From assembly GCA_964496765.1 (NCBI GenBank), contig CAZCAP010000011.1, positions 1 through 25,262 on the forward strand: 25,262 nucleotides of DNA. Reading direction: 5' to 3'. The DNA comes from an uncultured archaeon (GTDB lineage Archaea > Iainarchaeota > Iainarchaeia > Iainarchaeales > CSSED10-239). The notes under the pieces were generated by a model that was not told the DNA's origin, searched no databases, and saw only the letters and a list, made by a program, of their open reading frames with translations. Each line of letters starts with the position of its first letter. Positions within the stretch are counted from its first letter, which is position 1. The translations under genes were made by a program, and so were the position numbers. Of the stretch, positions 1 to 8,400 are shown piece after piece.

Positions 1-83
1 ATAGTAGCCACAAGAATAACTAGGATAATAGATATTATTTCTGAGATACCCCTCCTACTTCTAAACAATTTAGTTACACTCAT
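1..83 (-). CDS. Archaeal type IV pilin-like protein, 5' fragment only (gene runs off the window start)
   Basis: Reverse-strand ATG at 83..81 reads MSVTKLFRSRRGISEIISIILVILVAT. This is a basic stretch, an RG|IS prepilin-type cleavage motif, then a hydrophobic helix, i.e. a class III signal peptide. It closely matches the N-terminus of the 3724..5232 product (KSKRGISEVITIILVILISV). It is truncated, so it is absent from the ORF track. Confidence 0.7.
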   Translation of the reverse strand, partial: MSVTKLFRSRRGISEIISIILVILVAT

Positions 84-130
84 TCCTATCCAACAAAATA
101 GTATATTTTTCCCCTATATTATATGGTAAT

Positions 131-163
131 ATAAAATATAGAACTATTTAAAAATATTATGAT
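131..163 (-). promoter_or_regulatory. Conserved pilin-gene upstream motif containing a TATA-like TTTTTAAATA (copy 1)
   Basis: Plus-strand ATAAAATATAGAACTATTTAAAAATATTATGAT recurs at 3624..3655 and 5286..5318, each upstream of a minus-strand pilin-type start. The core TATTTAAAAATAT also occurs at 15858..15876. A second conserved block, TTCCCCTATATTATAT (108..123), lies 25 nt from the ATG. Confidence 0.45.
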
Positions 164-231
164 GGAGATAAAAAGCTTGCACGAATTAATAATTGAAAAA
201 TATTTGATTTATTCTTAAAAACACAACATCA

Positions 232-300
232 AAAGTGTTCGATACTAACGAAAGCTTTTGACCAAAAGTGTTCGATACTAACGAAAGCTTTAAATATTAA
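232..300 (+). promoter_or_regulatory. 69-bp module, copy A: two tandem 27-bp imperfect palindromes (33-bp spacing) fused to a TTTAAATA TATA box
   Basis: It is 69/69 identical to 1967..2035. The unit AAAGTGTTCGATACTAACGAAAGCTTT occurs at 232..258 and 265..291. Its arms AAAGTGTTCG and CGAAAGCTTT are inverted, with a 7-bp spacer. TTTAAATA at 289..296 matches the archaeal TATA consensus TTTAWATA. Confidence 0.6.
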
Positions 301-534
301 AATTATTTAGCTTAAAGCTCCTCTGAAGTGGATTATAATCTTCTCAATACAATAGTTAATTTAAGATGTTTTTTAACAAGCTATTGAGAGAAATATTTAT
401 TTTTCTAGCTAACTTAATCTATAGCTATATACTAAATATTTGAAAAGAGCTTAATAATTAAATAGGTCTTACTTTTTGGTGTAAAAGATATCAAAAAGGA
501 TACTTTTTTAAACCTTTTTTAACATAAGTGGTGT

Positions 535-1209
535 ATGAAAGCAATTAAATTATTAGAAATATTAAAGTCCTATCCAACTTTCAAATTAATAGATATACAG
601 AGAATCTTAAACTCCAATAGAAACTATGCAAGAACTGTGATAAACAGATTACTTAAACAAAAATATATTTGGAAGGTTTGTCCAGGTATATATACATCTA
701 ACACAATAATAGAAGAAATATCCTCAAATATAGTATATCCTTCATACATTAGTGGATGGTATGCATCTTATCACAAAGGATATACTGATCAAATAGTGAA
801 TAAGATAAATATATTTACTACAATTAAAAAACACCAAATTAAATTTAATAAGTATACAATAAAATTTATTAAAACCCGATATCTGTTTGGGTATGAAAAA
901 ATAAATAATACTTTTATTGCAGATGATAATAAGTTACTCATAGATGCATTACTTCATCCTAAGGAATTTGGTAATTTTGATGAAATAATTAATTTAGTTT
1001 CAAAAGGAGACTTTAACAAAAATAAAATTATATCTTATCTTAAGATAATTAAGAAACAATCAATTATCAAAAAAGTAGGGTATTTATTGGAAAAATATAA
1101 ACAAATAGATATTAGTTCGGGTTTTAAACTCAATAGTAATTATGTGATTTTAAATTCATTTTTAAAAAAATATAATAATACAAACACCAAATGGAGACTT
1201 AAATTATGA
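535..1209 (+). CDS. abiEi: AbiEi-like antitoxin / wHTH transcriptional regulator (type IV TA system)
   Basis: 224 aa. The N-terminal wHTH-like segment ends in the AbiEi-type KVCPGIYTS (G.Y) motif. The gene overlaps the downstream AbiEii-type gene by 4 bp (ATGA, 1206..1209), the canonical abiEi-abiEii arrangement. A TATA-like TTTTTTAAA lies about 25-30 nt upstream of the ATG. Confidence 0.7.
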   Translation: MKAIKLLEILKSYPTFKLIDIQRILNSNRNYARTVINRLLKQKYIWKVCPGIYTSNTIIEEISSNIVYPSYISGWYASYHKGYTDQIVNKINIFTTIKKHQIKFNKYTIKFIKTRYLFGYEKINNTFIADDNKLLIDALLHPKEFGNFDEIINLVSKGDFNKNKIISYLKIIKKQSIIKKVGYLLEKYKQIDISSGFKLNSNYVILNSFLKKYNNTNTKWRLKL

Positions 1210-1946
1210 TTACTAAAGAAGAACTAAAAGAATATTATAATCATTCCCTCTTTAATATTGGACAAGCAGAAAAAGATTATATGCAAAATATTGTGTTGTT
1301 CTGCATATATAGAATATATGCAAATGAGCTTATTTTCAAAGGTGGAACTGCTTTATCAAAATGTTATGGATTAGATAGATTTTCAGAAGACCTTGATTTT
1401 ACTTCTAAAGTTCATTTTAACACAAATAAGTTAAAATCTAAGCTAAAAGCCTTTCAAATAGAGTTTGAACTTGAAGAAAAGGAATTTCAAGAAAAAACAA
1501 CTAAAATCACATTACGAATTTATGGTCCATTATATAATGGGACCAGAAATAGCTTATGCAAAATAATACTAGATATAAGCTATAGGGATAATTTACTTGT
1601 ATCTCCTGAAATTGTAAAGATAATTTCTCAAAGAGAGATACCTTCATTTGATGTTTATGTAATGAACAAAGAAGAAATACTTACTGAGAAATTAAGAGCA
1701 ATAATTATGAGAGATAAAGCAAGAGATGTTTATGATTTATGGTATTTGTTGAAAGCAAAGACAAATATTAATACTAATCTTGTTACAAATAAGTTCTTGT
1801 TTTTCAAAGAGAAGTTTGATATAAAAATATTTAAAAATAGATTATTGGATAAGCAATCAATTTGGGATTCTGAATTATCTGGATTAATATCCAATGTACC
1901 AAATTTCAAAAAGGTTTATAATGAGATTATTGAACAGTTTAAATAA
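1206..1946 (+). CDS. abiEii: AbiEii/AbiGii-family nucleotidyltransferase toxin (DUF1814)
   Basis: 246 aa. FKGGTALSKCYGLDRFSEDLDF is the hallmark nucleotidyltransferase motif of this family. The later block RDKARDVYDLWYL is also typical. A GGAGA SD-like site precedes the start. Confidence 0.85.
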   Translation: MITKEELKEYYNHSLFNIGQAEKDYMQNIVLFCIYRIYANELIFKGGTALSKCYGLDRFSEDLDFTSKVHFNTNKLKSKLKAFQIEFELEEKEFQEKTTKITLRIYGPLYNGTRNSLCKIILDISYRDNLLVSPEIVKIISQREIPSFDVYVMNKEEILTEKLRAIIMRDKARDVYDLWYLLKAKTNINTNLVTNKFLFFKEKFDIKIFKNRLLDKQSIWDSELSGLISNVPNFKKVYNEIIEQFK

Positions 1947-1966
1947 ATTATTAAAAGTAGGAACTC

Positions 1967-2035
1967 AAAGTGTTCGATACTAACGAAAGCTTTTGACCAA
2001 AAGTGTTCGATACTAACGAAAGCTTTAAATATTAA
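1967..2035 (+). promoter_or_regulatory. 69-bp module, copy B: likely operator plus promoter of the ATPase gene
   Basis: Perfect copy of 232..300. The TATA box TTTAAATA at 2024..2031 lies about 31-38 nt upstream of ATG 2062, which fits a leaderless or very short-leader archaeal transcript. Confidence 0.6.
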
Positions 2036-2061
2036 TCTAATCATTATATTTATGATAATAT

Positions 2062-3333
2062 ATGATAACAAAGGAAGAATTAAAGAAAATAATTCAAGAT
2101 CAAAAGGAAAGTTTTAATAATAACCAGACATACATAACTAGAAATATATCACTTGATGAATATATAAAGACAGATCCAATTATAATTATAAGTGGAGTTA
2201 GAAGGTGTGGTAAATCTACACTTCTAAAAATTATAAAAGAAAAAATAATTAAAAATAATAAAAATATTAATTACTTATATTGCGATTTCTCTGATGAAAG
2301 ACTTAGCAGTTTAACAGTTTCAAATTTACAAACAATCTACGAAATATTTTTAGAAAAATATGAACCAGGAAAAAAATATTTCTTTTTTGATGAAATCCAG
2401 TATGTAACTGGTTGGGAAAAATTCGTAAATAGATTATATGAAAAAGAAAACGCAAAAATATTCATTACTGGATCAAATGGATCTTTACTTAGTTCAGAAA
2501 TCTCTACCGTTTTAACCGGAAGAAACAAAGTAATAGAACTTTATCCTTTCTCATTTAAAGAATATATAACCACAAAAAAAGAAGTAATAGACATAAAAAA
2601 CTTATCAACTAAAGAAACCATTAAATTAAATAAATATTTTGATAATTATTTCAAGATAGGTGGATTCCCATATGTAGTAAACACTGGTGACACTCAAATA
2701 TTAAAAGAATATTATACAAATATAATTTATAAAGATATAATTAACAGAAAGAAAATAAGACAAGTAAAAGAAATAAAGGAAATAATTTCATTTCTATCAA
2801 ATAATATAGGGCAAACTGTATCATATAATAAAATAATAGATAACTCAAAAATTAAAAGTACAAGTACAATTAAAAACTATATAGATTATCTTAATGAAGC
2901 GTACATTTTATTCACTTTACCTAAATATGATAAATCAATTAGAAAACAAATACAAAATCCAAAAAAAGTATATTTTATTGATATAGGAATGGTAAGACAA
3001 ATAAGTGTTAATTTTTCAGAAAATAATGGATGGTACCTTGAAAATATAGTATTTTTAGAATTATTAAGAAGAAATAAAGAAATATATTATCATAAAAATG
3101 GAAAAGAATGTGATTTTATAATGAAAGAAGGTACAAAGATTAAAGAAGCTATACAAGTATCCTATGAAATAAATAGAAAAAATGAAGACAGAGAAATTGA
3201 AGGATTAATTAGTGCATTAAAAACACATTGTCTTAAAGAAGGGACAATTATAACAAAAGAGCAAGAAGAAATAAGAACAATAGGCAAATATAAAATTAAA
3301 ATAATTCCAATAACCAAGTGGTTATTAGAATAA
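2062..3333 (+). CDS. AAA_14 + DUF4143 family ATPase (COG1373-like)
   Basis: 423 aa. Walker A is GVRRCGKST and the Walker B-like block is KYFFFDEIQY. Overall length and the C-terminal block ENIVFLELLRRN...ECDFIM...IQVSY are typical of this archaeal/bacterial ATPase family. Confidence 0.8.
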   Translation: MITKEELKKIIQDQKESFNNNQTYITRNISLDEYIKTDPIIIISGVRRCGKSTLLKIIKEKIIKNNKNINYLYCDFSDERLSSLTVSNLQTIYEIFLEKYEPGKKYFFFDEIQYVTGWEKFVNRLYEKENAKIFITGSNGSLLSSEISTVLTGRNKVIELYPFSFKEYITTKKEVIDIKNLSTKETIKLNKYFDNYFKIGGFPYVVNTGDTQILKEYYTNIIYKDIINRKKIRQVKEIKEIISFLSNNIGQTVSYNKIIDNSKIKSTSTIKNYIDYLNEAYILFTLPKYDKSIRKQIQNPKKVYFIDIGMVRQISVNFSENNGWYLENIVFLELLRRNKEIYYHKNGKECDFIMKEGTKIKEAIQVSYEINRKNEDREIEGLISALKTHCLKEGTIITKEQEEIRTIGKYKIKIIPITKWLLE

Positions 3334-3506
3334 TATTCATTGTTTTAACTTAAAGGTTAAGTCACCCCTGGCAGAAGGTTATTTCTTCAATGTAATTAAG
3401 AAATGCACCTACTTTTTAACATTGGAATTGACAAAAATATTTTTAAACACAACCAATATATTGGTTATATAAAATACTTATAAACTTAACCAACACATAT
3501 AATTAT

Positions 3507-3577
3507 TTATATACCTAAAATGATTGTTATTACTTCAGAAATCCCCTATTATTTTTAAATAATTTAGTTATACTCAT
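3507..3577 (-). pseudogene. Decayed stub of a pilin paralog (signal peptide only, frameshifted and truncated)
   Basis: Reverse ATG at 3577..3575 reads MSITKLFKNNRGFLK*. Restoring one nucleotide after GG (compare GGTATCTCAGAA in copy 1) gives ...RGISEVITIILGI*. That matches the prepilin N-termini at 1..83 and 3724..5232. The conserved promoter block follows at 3603..3655. Confidence 0.65.
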
Positions 3578-3623
3578 TCATATCCAGTAAAGTAGTTATA
3601 TATTCCCCTATATTATATGTTAA

Positions 3624-3655
3624 TATAAAACATAGAACTATTAAAAATATTATGA
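3624..3655 (-). promoter_or_regulatory. Conserved pilin-gene upstream motif (copy 2, serving the pilin stub)
   Basis: ATAAAACATAGAACTATTAAAAATATTATGAT aligns with 131..163 and 5286..5318. The adjacent TTCCCCTATATTATAT at 3603..3618 is identical to 108..123. Confidence 0.4.
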
Positions 3656-3723
3656 TAGGGGAAATTAAAAATAAAATTTATTAACACACTATATTTAGAA
3701 AATAAGAGATTGAATAGATGTTT

Positions 3724-5232
3724 TTAAAAAGATCTAACACATCTTATCCGCATGTTTTCAATTTTATTATAAAAATTAATTTCATCAGCATAAAAAACCC
3801 AATTATAATGATACAGATTGCTATATTCTGAAGATGTTGCATAATATCCAAGATTAGTAAACCCACCAATGGCAGCTCTATTTAAATAAAATTGGCGGAA
3901 TTCATATAAACTTGGTAAATACCAATCAGTATATCCATTTAAACTCAGATTATCACAAGTTCTTGCAGCAATTCCAGCAGTAGCACAACCATTTAAAATA
4001 TCTGTTGTATTTTGTTGCCCGGTTCCAATTGCTGTTCCATCTGCACCACTTAAAGCTGTTCCGCTACAACCCCATGGAGATTGAGTTTGATCGCTTGTTG
4101 GAGCTATTAAACCATGTTGTACTCCTGCATTATAACCAGCATCACCGGATTGTAAAATATAGGCAATAATTCCACCCTGGTAACTCATACCAATGGAAAG
4201 AGGAGTTATAGTATATGTTCCAGTGTATACAGAACTATTCGTATATCCACTCTTTGTAGCTATTGCTTTCAATGTTGTTGTTGAACCAATACTTATTGGA
4301 GAGGAATAAACTGAACTTCCTGTTGTTGGTGTACTTCCATCTGTTGTATAATAAATTGTTGAACCAGAAGTTGTTGAACTTAAGGTTACACTTTGAGCAG
4401 TTGTAAATGCACCTGCTTCGAGTGAAGCAACAGGAGTTGATAATTGATGTGTAACAACATAGGTTGCAGTATATACAGGACTTGGTGCATAACCAGGCTT
4501 AACTGCAATTGTTTTAATAGTTGTTGTTGAGTCTTCTGGAAGAGAGATTAAATCTCCAGAATACACACTACTTTCAGTGGTTGGTGTTGAGCCATCGGTT
4601 GTGTAATAAATGGTTGCACCATCTGGTGAAGATAAAACAAGATCTTGAGATTCATAATAATTATCTTCTGTTAAAGAAAAAATAGGATAGGAAACAACAG
4701 GAACTTCTCCTGAACAACCAGATAAGCTTATTGCTTGATTAGGACAAGTTTTATTTGTTAAAATCATACTTTCTATTTGATCAAAATCTAAAGATGCAAC
4801 AACATAATTTTCCTTAATAACATCAAATGAATCAAGAGTTGTATTTAATTCTTTAAACTCTCCTCTCTTAACCACATCATCAAAATAACCAACATAGGTA
4901 ATATCTTCTCCAGTAAATGTTTTTGATTTAACAGATAAAGTAAATCCACCATAATCTAAAGAAGTGCTATTAATTAGATTTATTGAAAATTCTTTAGTAC
5001 CAGTATTAATTGAACAGGATTCAACCTTAAGATTACTGTTTGCACAATCAAGCTCACTTCCCTTTGTAAAAGCACGACTTGCATTAGAAGAAGTATCTAA
5101 ACTCTTTTTAGTTATGTTTTTTCCATAGGCTAAAAAAGTTGCGATTAGAATAACACTAATAAGTATGACTAGGATGATTGTAATAACTTCCGAGATCCCC
5201 CTCTTACTCTTAACTAGTTTTTTTAGATTCAT
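3724..5232 (-). CDS. Pilin-like surface protein: class III signal peptide, Cys-containing N-domain, two CHB_HEX_C/Fn3-associated-like repeats, and a DUF1566 (Lcl C-terminal-like) head
   Basis: 502 aa. The N-terminus is MNLKKLVKSKRG|ISEVITIILVILISVILIATFLAYG. There are two ~80-aa repeats with the signature G(A/S)TIYYTTDGSTPT...SSVYS...T(I/L)K(T/A)IA.K.GY. The C-terminus (aa ~347-502) reads GGIIAYI...HGLIA...WGC...IGTGQQNT..IL...AA..C..L.LNGYTDWYLPSLYEF...RCVRSF, the DUF1566 pattern. Confidence 0.85.
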   Translation of the reverse strand: MNLKKLVKSKRGISEVITIILVILISVILIATFLAYGKNITKKSLDTSSNASRAFTKGSELDCANSNLKVESCSINTGTKEFSINLINSTSLDYGGFTLSVKSKTFTGEDITYVGYFDDVVKRGEFKELNTTLDSFDVIKENYVVASLDFDQIESMILTNKTCPNQAISLSGCSGEVPVVSYPIFSLTEDNYYESQDLVLSSPDGATIYYTTDGSTPTTESSVYSGDLISLPEDSTTTIKTIAVKPGYAPSPVYTATYVVTHQLSTPVASLEAGAFTTAQSVTLSSTTSGSTIYYTTDGSTPTTGSSVYSSPISIGSTTTLKAIATKSGYTNSSVYTGTYTITPLSIGMSYQGGIIAYILQSGDAGYNAGVQHGLIAPTSDQTQSPWGCSGTALSGADGTAIGTGQQNTTDILNGCATAGIAARTCDNLSLNGYTDWYLPSLYEFRQFYLNRAAIGGFTNLGYYATSSEYSNLYHYNWVFYADEINFYNKIENMRIRCVRSF

Positions 5233-5285
5233 TCATTATTCATTAGTATTTTATATTTATTATAAAATATATATTATCTATTAAA

Positions 5286-5318
5286 ATAAAACATAGAAGT
5301 ATTTAAAAATATTTGGAT
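5286..5318 (-). promoter_or_regulatory. Conserved pilin-gene upstream motif (copy 3, upstream of 3724..5232)
   Basis: ATAAAACATAGAAGTATTTAAAAATATTTGGAT aligns with copies at 131..163 and 3624..3655. It lies about 55-85 nt upstream of ATG 5232. Confidence 0.45.
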
Positions 5319-5452
5319 GAATTAAAATTTTAAAAAAATAATATAATCTATGGATTAATCAATTTTATTCATAAACAATCGTTTAAATAAATAGACACTA
5401 AATTTAAAAACTAAAAAAAATTAATTAAGATAATCTAAAATGGGTTTTATGA

Positions 5453-8400
5453 TTATCCTGTGCTAGGTGGTACAACAGTTATAGATTGTAATTCCAAGAC
5501 ACCAGAACCAGAACCATAGAAATAAGGACTAACTCCACCATATGATCCAGCCCATTGATTAACCCAAGTTACATTTCCACTTGCATATGGGAATGGTGGA
5601 CGACTACCATAACCATCAGCTAAACAATGAAATGATGCACCTCCATTATCTACACCCACACAATAGGTTGTATTCGGACTAAGCACATAATTAATATTCA
5701 CTTCTGTTGTATTGGTAATTGGAGCAGATGCTAAATTTGGACCAGTACAAGAACCAGCACGTAGGAATCCATGAGTAGGCGATGTTCCCCATTGATTACT
5801 TGCAATCTTAATCTGAGTTATCTTTAATGTTTCACTACTTGTAGTAAAAGTGTCACCACATTCTTGGACCCCCAGTGCACCTCCATTAACACTTGGCCAA
5901 TATGGATTTGTTCCTCTCATTTCTTGTACAACCGGTGTTCCCCAGTCCTGCTGAACACAATATAATGCACATGAAAAACCACATACTCCTCCAGCCATAT
6001 TCCATAACCAACCACCTTCTTTGTGATCTAAACAATCTAGTGAACCTAATATACCAGATGTACTTGATGTCCAACTATTACAATTAAATCCAGAATATGA
6101 TCCGCCAGTTAGATTATCACCTGTACAAACATATCCTGTTTGAGTAGTTCCTGTTTCAGTAATACTAAAGTTTGCTTTTAGATTTCCATAGGTGTGCCCT
6201 GTCCAGAAATCAGCCCAATTATCAGCAATGGTAACTCCATCTAATCTTTTATATGGCACTGATGAATGTGAAAATCTAGAGGTTACTGAAGTTGATTCAC
6301 TGCTCAACCATGCCTTATATGCACCAGGTAATCCAGCAGCCGTTGCTGCTGCTTGACACTTTGCATCAGCTCCAGCCAATCCACCAAGGGTTGCACCAGT
6401 CCATTTGGATGCAGTAACAAACACATATTTAGAGCTTGCAGTATCTGTAAATAAAGGATACTTAATTATTACTATACCTGAACCACCATTAGCTCCTCCT
6501 GTTCCACCATATCTACTACCACCAGCACCACCACCACCAGTGTTTGCTACACCAGCATAGGCAGTCAAAGTTACTGAATCATGATTACCTCCACCACCAG
6601 TACCACCTGGATAAACAGCAGATCCATAATAATAAGATCCTGCACCACCACCAGCAAACCAACCTGCTGGAGACCCACCTACACTTGAAAATTGAGAATA
6701 TTGTAATCCATCTCCACCAGTAAATGGTCCATCAGTCATACCAGCTTCTGAAGCACCACCACCACCACCGCCATAAACACCGCTACCATATGAACCAGCA
6801 TATCCTTGTCCAGATACTCCACTTCCACCAGAACTTTGTGCAGAGCTTCCATCAGCTGCTCCTCCACCTCCACCAGAACCACCAGCACTACCAGGCATAT
6901 AACTCCCACCTCCACCAGCACCACCACCAATTGCAGTTAAAGTTCCGAAAATACTATTACCACCATTTGTTCCAGGACCAGCAGTATAATATGGAGTAGA
7001 CCCAATACCACCAGCACCAACAGTAACTGGATAGGCCTGAGCACTTACAGCAACGTAATCATACAATAATCCTCCGGCTCCTCCACCACCACCTCTGTGT
7101 CCTGATCCTCCGCCTCCACCACCAGCAACAACTAATGCCTCAACAGCACCAGAGAAGGTTGGGGTGAATGTTCCATTTGATGTAAATGTACTAATACAAT
7201 AATTTCCACTTACTGTTATTGTTCCTCCAGTAGCAGGACAAACTTTATAGGTTCCTGAATAAACACCACTATTTGCATACCCACTTTTAACAGCTATTGC
7301 TTTCAAGGTTGTAGTTGCATTTAATGTGATTGCTCCAGAATATAATGTACTCCCTGTTGTTGGAGTATCTCCATTAGTAGTATAATAAATTGTTGAACCT
7401 GCTTCTCCTGATAGAGTTATGTTTTGTGGAGTTGAATAATCACCAGCAACTGGTGAAGTTGTTGGTGTTGATAAAGTGTGTGTGACTGTAAAGGTACCTG
7501 AATAAACTTCACTATCTGCATATCCATTCTTTACAGAATATGCTTTTATTGTTGTTGTTGTATCAAGTGGAACAGAGATTGCTCCTGAATATAATGTACT
7601 TCCTGTGGTTGGTGTACTTCCATTAGTAGTATAATAAATTGTTGAACCTACTTCTCCAGATAAAGTCACACTTTGAGCAGAAGTGAATGAGCCAGCGGAA
7701 GGTGATGCAACAGGAGTTGATAACTGATGTGTGGTTGTGTAAACTCCACCAGAATATACTGCACTATCTCCATAACCTTCTTTAACTGAGAATGCTTTAA
7801 GTGTTATTGTTGTGTCTCCAGGAACAGAAATTCCTGTTGAATAAACAGAACTTCCAGTAGTTGGATCAGAACCATCAGTTGTATAATATGTTGTTGAACC
7901 TTCTTCAGTTGATAATGTAATTGTTTGAGCTGAAGTGAAATTTCCTGCAGCAGGAGAAGCACTTGGAGTTGCAAGAGTGTGAGTGATTGTAAATGTTCCT
8001 GAATATATAGGACTATCCCCATAACCACTCTTAACTGCTAATGCTTTAATATTCATGATTGTATCAATAGGAACATTAATTGCACTTGAATAAACTGAAC
8101 TTTCTGTGGTTGGATCTGAACCATCAGTAGTGTAATAAATTGTTGAACCTGCTTCTCCAGATAAGGTTACATCTTGAGCAGCATAAACAAAAGTACCAGC
8201 AACAGGAGATGCAACAGGAGTTGCAAGTATATGGGTTGTAGTAAAGTCACCAGAATAGATAGCACTATCTCCATAACCACTCTTAACTGAAAGAGCTTTA
8301 ATTGTCATACTTGAATCTATTGGAATTGAAATTGGGTCAGAATAAACATCATCAGTTATTGTTGGATCTATCCCATTAGTAGTATAATAAATTGTTGAAC

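Noticed and set aside
232-300. CRISPR-like reading of the tandem 27-bp units (also at 1967..2035)
   Set aside because: There are only two units per site, separated by 6 bp rather than a spacer-length insert. The two sites are identical including the inter-unit sequence, and no cas genes are present. An operator/promoter or att-like repeat fits better.
1206-2085. AbiEii and the ATPase both begin MITKEELK
   Set aside because: The underlying codons differ (ATGATTACTAAAGAAGAACTAAAA versus ATGATAACAAAGGAAGAATTAAAG), and the similarity ends after 8 residues. This is most likely chance in a K/E/I-rich proteome, not a duplicated 5' end.
6724-6999. His-rich 91-aa ORF (plus strand) and the 64-aa minus-strand ORF 6736..6930, both overlapping the glycine-rich region
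   Set aside because: They are frame shadows of the GGT/GGA-rich coding sequence of the adhesin: ACC/CAC runs on the opposite strand and V/L runs in an alternative frame. They have low-complexity composition, no start context, and are fully nested in a strongly supported long ORF.
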